Assembly: GCF_009914755.1 (NCBI RefSeq)
Contig: NC_060925.1
Length of the DNA stretch: 64,000 bases
Source: the human T2T-CHM13v2.0 reference genome, Homo sapiens
Strand: one strand, 5' to 3'
The notes under the pieces are model-generated. The model ran no database searches and was not told the DNA's origin. It saw only the letters and a program-made list of their open reading frames with translations. The translations under genes and the position numbers were made by a program. Of this stretch, positions 57,901 to 64,000 are shown piece after piece. Each line of letters opens with the position of its first letter. The stretch's first letter is position 1.

Positions 57901-60900
57901 GGACTCGAAAGGGATCATGATTGAATGGAATTGAATGGAATCATCGAATGGTCTCGATTGGAATCATTATCAAATGGAATCGAATGGAATCACCGAATAG
58001 AATCGAATGGAACAATCATCTAATGGACTCAAATGGAATTATCCTCCAATGGAATCGAATGGAATTATCGAATGCAATCGAATGGAATTATCGAATGCAA
58101 TCGAATAGAATCATCGAAAGGACTCGAATGGAATCATCGAATGGAATGGAATGGAACAGTCAATGAACTCGAATGGAATCATCATTGAATGGAATCGAAT
58201 GGAATCATCGAGTGGAATCGAATGGAATTATGATCAAATGGAATCGAATGTAATCATCATCAAATGGAATCAAAAATAACCATCATCAATTGGTATTGAA
58301 TGGAATTGTCATCAAATGGAATTCAAAGGAATCATCATCAAATGGAACCGAATGGAATCCTCATTGAATGGAAATGAAAGGGGTCATCATCTAATGGAAT
58401 CGCATGGAATCATCATCAAATGGAATCGAATGGAATCATCATCAAATGGAATCTAATGGAATCATTGAACAGAATTGAATGGAATCGTCATCGAATGAAT
58501 TGAATGCAATCATCGAATGGTCTCGAATGGAATCATCTTCTAATGGAAAGGAATGGAATCATAGCATAGAATCGAATGGAATTATCATCGAATGGAATCG
58601 AATGGTATCAACACCAAACGGAAAAAAACGGAATTATCGAATGGAATCGAAGAGAATCTTCGAACGGACCCGAATGGAATCATCTAATGGAATGGAATGG
58701 AATAATCCATGGACTCGAATGCAATCATCATCGAATGGAATCGACTGGAATCATCGAATGGACTCGAATGGAATAATCATTGAACGGAATCGAATGGAAT
58801 CATCATCGGATGGAAACGAATGGAATCATCATCGAATGGAAATGAAAGAAGTCATCATCTAATGGAATTGCATGGAATCATCATAAAATGGAATCGAATG
58901 GAATCAACATCAAATGGAATCAAATGGAATCATTGAACGGAATTGAATGGAATCGTCATCGAATGAATTGACTGCAATCATCGAATGGTCTCGAATGGAA
59001 TCATCTTCAAATGGAATGGAATGGAATCATCGCATAGAATCGAATGGAATTATCATCGAATGGAATCGAATGGAATCAACATCAAACGGAAAAAAACGGA
59101 ATTATCGAATGGAATCGAAGAGAATCATCGAATGGACCCGAATGGAATAATCTAATGGAATGGAATGGAATAATCCATGGACTCGAATGCAATCATCATC
59201 GAATGGAATCGAATGGAATCATCGAATGGACTCGAATGGAATAATCATTGAACGGAATCGAATGGAATCATCATCGGATGGAAATGAATGGAATCATCAT
59301 CGAATGGAATCGAATAGAATTATGGAATGAAATCCAGTGTGATCATCATCGAATGGACCCGAATGGAATCATCATCCAACGGAAGCTAATGGAATCAACA
59401 TCGAATGAATCGAATGGAAACACCATCGAATTGAAACGAATGGAATTATCATGAAATTGAAATGGATGGACTCATCATCGAATGGATTCGAATGGAATCA
59501 TCGAATAAAATTGATTGAAATCATCATCCAATGGAATCGAATGGTATCATTGAATGGAATCGAATGGAATCATCATCAGATGGAAATGAATGGAATCGTC
59601 ATAGAATGGAATCGAATGGATTCATTGAATGGAATCAGATGGAATCATCGAATGGACTGGAATGGAATCATTGATTGGACTCGAAAGGGATCATTATTGA
59701 ATGGAATTGAATGGAATCATCGAATGGTCTCGATTGGAATCATTATCAAATGGAATCGAATGGAATCACCGAATAGAATCGAATGGAACAATCATCAAAT
59801 GGACTCAAATGGAATTATCCTCCAATGGAATCGAATGGAATTATCGAATGCAATCGAATGGAATTATCGAATGCAATCGAATAGAATCATCGAATGGACT
59901 CGAATGGAATCATCGAATGGAATGGAATGGAACAGTCAATGAACTCGAATGGAATCATCATTGAATGGAATCGAATGGAATCATCGAGTGGAATTGAATG
60001 GAATTATGATCAAATGGAATCGAATGTAATCATCATCAAATGGAAACAAAAATAACCATCATCAATTGGTATTGAATGGAATTGTCATCAAATGGAATTC
60101 AAAGGAATCATCATCAAATGGAACCGAATGGAATCCTCATTGAATGGAAATGAAAGGGGTCATCATCTAATGGAATCGCATGGAATCATCATCAAATGGA
60201 ATCGAATGGAATCATCATCAAATGGAATCTAATGGAATCATTGAACAGAATTGAATGGAATCGTCATCGAATGAATTGAATGCAATCATCGAATGGTCTC
60301 GAATGGAATCATCTTCTAATGGAAAGGAATGGAATCATCGCATAGAATCGAATGGAATTATCATCGAATGGAATCGAATGGTATCAACACCAAACGGAAA
60401 AAAACGGAATTATCGAATGGAATCGAAGAGAATCTTCGAACGGACCCGAATGGAATCATCTAATGGAATGGAATGGAATAATCCATGGACTCGAATGCAA
60501 TCATCATCGAATGGAATGGAATGGAATCATCGAATGGACTCGAATGGAATAATCATTGAACGGAATCGAATGGAATCATCATCGGATGGAAATGAATGGA
60601 ATCATCATCGAATGGAAATGAAAGGAGTCATCATCTAATGGAATTGCATGGAATCATCATAAAATGGAATCGAATGGAATCAACATCAAATGGAATCAAA
60701 TGGAATCATTGAACGGAATTGAATGGAATCGTCATCGAATGAATTGACTGCAATCATCGAATGGTCTCGAATGGAATCATCTTCAAATGGAATGGAATGG
60801 AATCATCGCATAGAATCGAATGGAATTATCATCGAATGGAATCGAATGGAATCAACATCAAACGGAAAAAAACGGAATTATCGAATGGAATTGAAGAGAA

Positions 60901-63900
60901 TCATCGAATGGACCCGAATGGAATCATCTAATGGAATGGAATGGAATAATCCATGGACTCGAATGCAATCATCATCGAATGGAATCGAATGGAATCATCG
61001 AATGGACTCGAATGGAATAATCATTGAACGGAATCGAATGGAATCATCATCGGATGGAAATGAATGGAATCATCATCGAATGGAATCGAATAGAATTATG
61101 GAATGAAATCCAGTGTGATCATCATCGAATGGACCCGAATGGAATCATCATCCAACGGAAGCTAATGGAATCAACATCGAATGAATCGAATGGAAACACC
61201 ATCGAATTGAAACGAATGGAATTATTATGAAATTGAAATGGATGGACTCATCATCGAATGGATTCGAATGGAATCATCGAATAAAATTGACTGAAATCAT
61301 CATCCAATGGAATCGAATGGTATCATTGAATGGAATCGAATGGAATCATCATCAGATGGAAATGAATGGAATCGTCGTAGAATGAAATCGAATGGATTCA
61401 TTGAATGGAATCAGATGGAATCATCGAATGGACTGGAATGGAATCATTGAATGGACTCGAAAGGGATCATGATTGAATGGAATTGAATGGAATCATCGAA
61501 TGGTCTCGATTGGAATCATTATCAAATGGAATCGAATGGAATCACCGAATAGAATCGAATGGAACAATCATCGAATGGACTCAAATGGAATTATCCTCAA
61601 ATGGAATCGAATGGAATTATCGAATGCAATCGAATGGAATTATCGAATGCAATCGAATAGAATCATCGAAAGGACTCGAATGGAATCATCGAATGGAATG
61701 GAATGGAACAGTCAATGAAGTCGAATGGAATCATCATTGAATGGAATCGAATGGAATCATCGACTGGAATCGAATGGAATTATGATCAAATGGAATCGAA
61801 TGTAATCATCATCAAATGGAATCAAAAATAACCATCATCAATTGGTATTGAATGGAATTGTCATCAAATGGAATTCAAAGGAATCATCATCAAATGGAAC
61901 CGAATGGAATCCTCATTGAATGGAAATGAAAGGGGTCATCATCTGATGGAATCGCATGGAATCATCATCAAATGGAATAGAATGGAATCATCATCAAATG
62001 GAATCTAATGGAATCATTGAACAGAATTGAATGGAATCGTCATCGAATGAATTGAATGCAATCATCGAATGGTCTCGAATGGAATCTTCTTCTAATGGAA
62101 AGGAATGGAATCATCGCATAGAATCGAATGGAATTATCATCGAATGGAATCGAATGGTATCAACACCAAACGGAAAAAAACGGAATTATCGAATGGAATC
62201 GAAGAGAATCTTCGAACGGACCCGAATGGAATCATCTAATGGAATGGAATGGAATAATCCATGGACTCGAATGCAATCATCATCGAATGGAATCGAATGG
62301 AATCATCGAATGGACTCGAATGGAATAATCATTGAACGGAATCGAATGGAATCATCATCGGATGGAAATGAGTGGAATCATCATCGAATGGAAATGAAAG
62401 GAGTCATCATCTAATGGAATTGCATGGAATCATCATAAAATGGAATCGAATGGAATCAACCTCAAATGGAATCAAATGGAATCATTGAACGGAATTGAAT
62501 GGAATCATCATCGAATGAATTGACTGCAATCATCGAATGGTCTCGAATGGAATCATCTTCAAATGGAATGGAATGGAATCATCGCATAGAATCGAATGGA
62601 ATTATCATCGAATGGAATCGAATGGAATCAACATCAAACGGAAAAAAACGGAATTATCGAATGGAATCGAAGAGAATCATCGAATGGACCCGAATGGAAT
62701 CATCTAATGGAATGGAATGGAATTATCCATGGACTCGAATGCAATCATCATCGAATGGAATCGAATGGAATCATCGAATGGACTCGAATGGAATAATCAT
62801 TGAACGGAATCGAATGGAATCATCATCGGATGGAAATGAATGGAATCATCATCGAATGGAATCGAATAGAATTATGGAATGAAATCCAGTGTGATCATCA
62901 TCGAATGGACCCGAATGGAATCATCATCCAACGGAAGCTAATGGAATCAACATCGAATGAATCGAATGGAAACACCATCGAATTGAAACGAATGGAATTA
63001 TCATGAAATTGAAATGGATGGACTCATCATCGAATGGATTCGAATGGAATCATCGAATAAAATTGATTGAAATCATCATCCAATGGAATCGAATGGTATC
63101 ATTGAATGGAATCGAATGGAATCATCATCAGATGGAAATGAATGGAATCGTCATAGAATGGAATCGAATGGATTCATTGAATGGAATCAGATGGAATCAT
63201 CGAATGGACTGGAATGGAATCATTGAATGGACTCGAAAGGGATCATGATTGAATGGAATTGAATGGAATCATCGAATGGTCTCGATTGGAATCATTATCA
63301 AATGGAATCGAATGGAATCACCGAATAGAATCGAATGGAACAATCATCGAATGGACTCAAATGGAATTATCCTCAAATGGAATCGAATGGAATTATCGAA
63401 TGCAATCGAATGGAATTATCGAATGCAATCGAATAGAATCATCGAATGGACTCGAATGGAATCATCGAATGGAATGGAATGGAACAGTCAATGAACTCGA
63501 ATGGAATCATCATTGAATGGAATCGAATGGAATCATCGAGTGGAATCGAATGGAATTATGATCAAATGGAATCGAATGTAATCATCATCAAATGGAATCA
63601 AAAATAACCATCATCAATTGGTATTGAATGGAATTGTCATCAAATGGAATTCAAAGGAATCATCATCAAATGGAACCGAATGGAATCCTCATTGAATGGA
63701 AATGAAAGGGGTCATCATCTAATGGAATCGCATGGAATCATCATCAAATGGAATCGAATGGAATCATCATCAAATGGAATCTAATGGAATCATTGAACAG
63801 AATTGAATGGAATCGTCATCGAATGAATTGAATGCAATCATCGAATGGTCTCGAATGGATTCATCTTCTAATGGAAAGGAATGGAATCATCGCATAGAAT

Positions 63901-64000
63901 CGAATGGAATTATCATCGAATGGAATCGTATGGTATCAACACCAAACGGAAAAATACGGAATTATCGAATGGAATCGAAGAGAATCTTCGAACGGACCCG

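Larger units (their letters stand above)
1..64000 (+). repeat. Human Satellite 2 (HSat2/HSATII) tandem array, ~36 copies of a 1,776-bp unit, GAATG strand on +; most likely chr1q12 D1Z1/HSat2A2-type pericentromeric heterochromatin
   Basis: Continuous GAATGGAATC / GAATGGAATCATC(ATC) modules, whose reverse complement is ATTCCATTCG plus 1-2 ATG, the HSat2 signature rather than pure (CATTC)n HSat3. The anchor ATGAAATTGAAATGGATGG (or a close variant) recurs at 1747, 4193, 5969, 7745, 10191, 11967 ... 61227, 63003; 31 of 34 intervals are 1,776 bp. Chromosome assignment rests on the known ~1.77-kb EcoRI periodicity and is less certain than the family call. Confidence 0.97.

Noticed and set aside
31-63516. 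About 200 ORFs of 60-163 aa (MESSSNE..., MKLKW..., MELNG...) on the + strand
   Set aside because: These are low-complexity translations of GAATG repeats (W/N/G/M/E/I/S-rich) that overlap in several frames and are toggled by single SNPs (e.g. TTA/TGA gives 163 aa vs 81+81 aa). They contain no recognisable domain and show no sign of coding constraint.
1-64000. CRISPR-like or diversity-generating repeat array
   Set aside because: The 23/26-bp modules are contiguous with no unique spacers, and there are no cas, reverse transcriptase or recombinase genes.
1-64000. Embedded transposon, unique-sequence island or inversion
   Set aside because: Anchor spacing accounts for the full length (31 x 1,776 + 2 x 2,446 + 1,308 = 61,256 bp between 1747 and 63003). 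No Alu/L1-like sequence, poly(A) tail or switch to the CATTC strand was seen.
1-64000. HSat3/DYZ1, alpha satellite or telomeric repeat
   Set aside because: Dense ATCATCGAATGG modules identify HSat2. There are no long pure (GGAAT)n tracts, 171-bp monomers or TTAGGG runs. The 3,552-bp relation is simply 2 x 1,776.

Overview
The whole 64 kb window is one uninterrupted, single-orientation tandem array of classical human Satellite 2 (HSat2/HSATII). It is GAATG/CATTC-derived, built from 23/26-bp GAATGGAATC-GAATGGAATC(ATC)1-2 modules and dense in TCGA. The basic repeat is 1,776 bp with one EcoRI site per unit, matching the ~1.77-kb chr1q12 repeat (D1Z1/pUC1.77, HSat2A2-type); that chromosome assignment is inferred from unit length, not from a search. 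Of 34 anchor-to-anchor intervals, 31 are exactly 1,776 bp, two are 2,446 bp (+670) and one is 1,308 bp (-468). I found no genes, RNA genes, transposons, CRISPR arrays or inversions. All ORFs in the track are translation artefacts of the satellite, and I see no evidence for a new protein-coding system. The notable content is the array's recombination record, read by eye from shared variants. It includes an internal 468-bp A/B duplication that has produced a deletion and two-way conversion, a 5,998-bp higher-order duplication, nested 3,552/5,328-bp duplications, and related blocks offset by 7,104, 12,432 and 24,864 bp.
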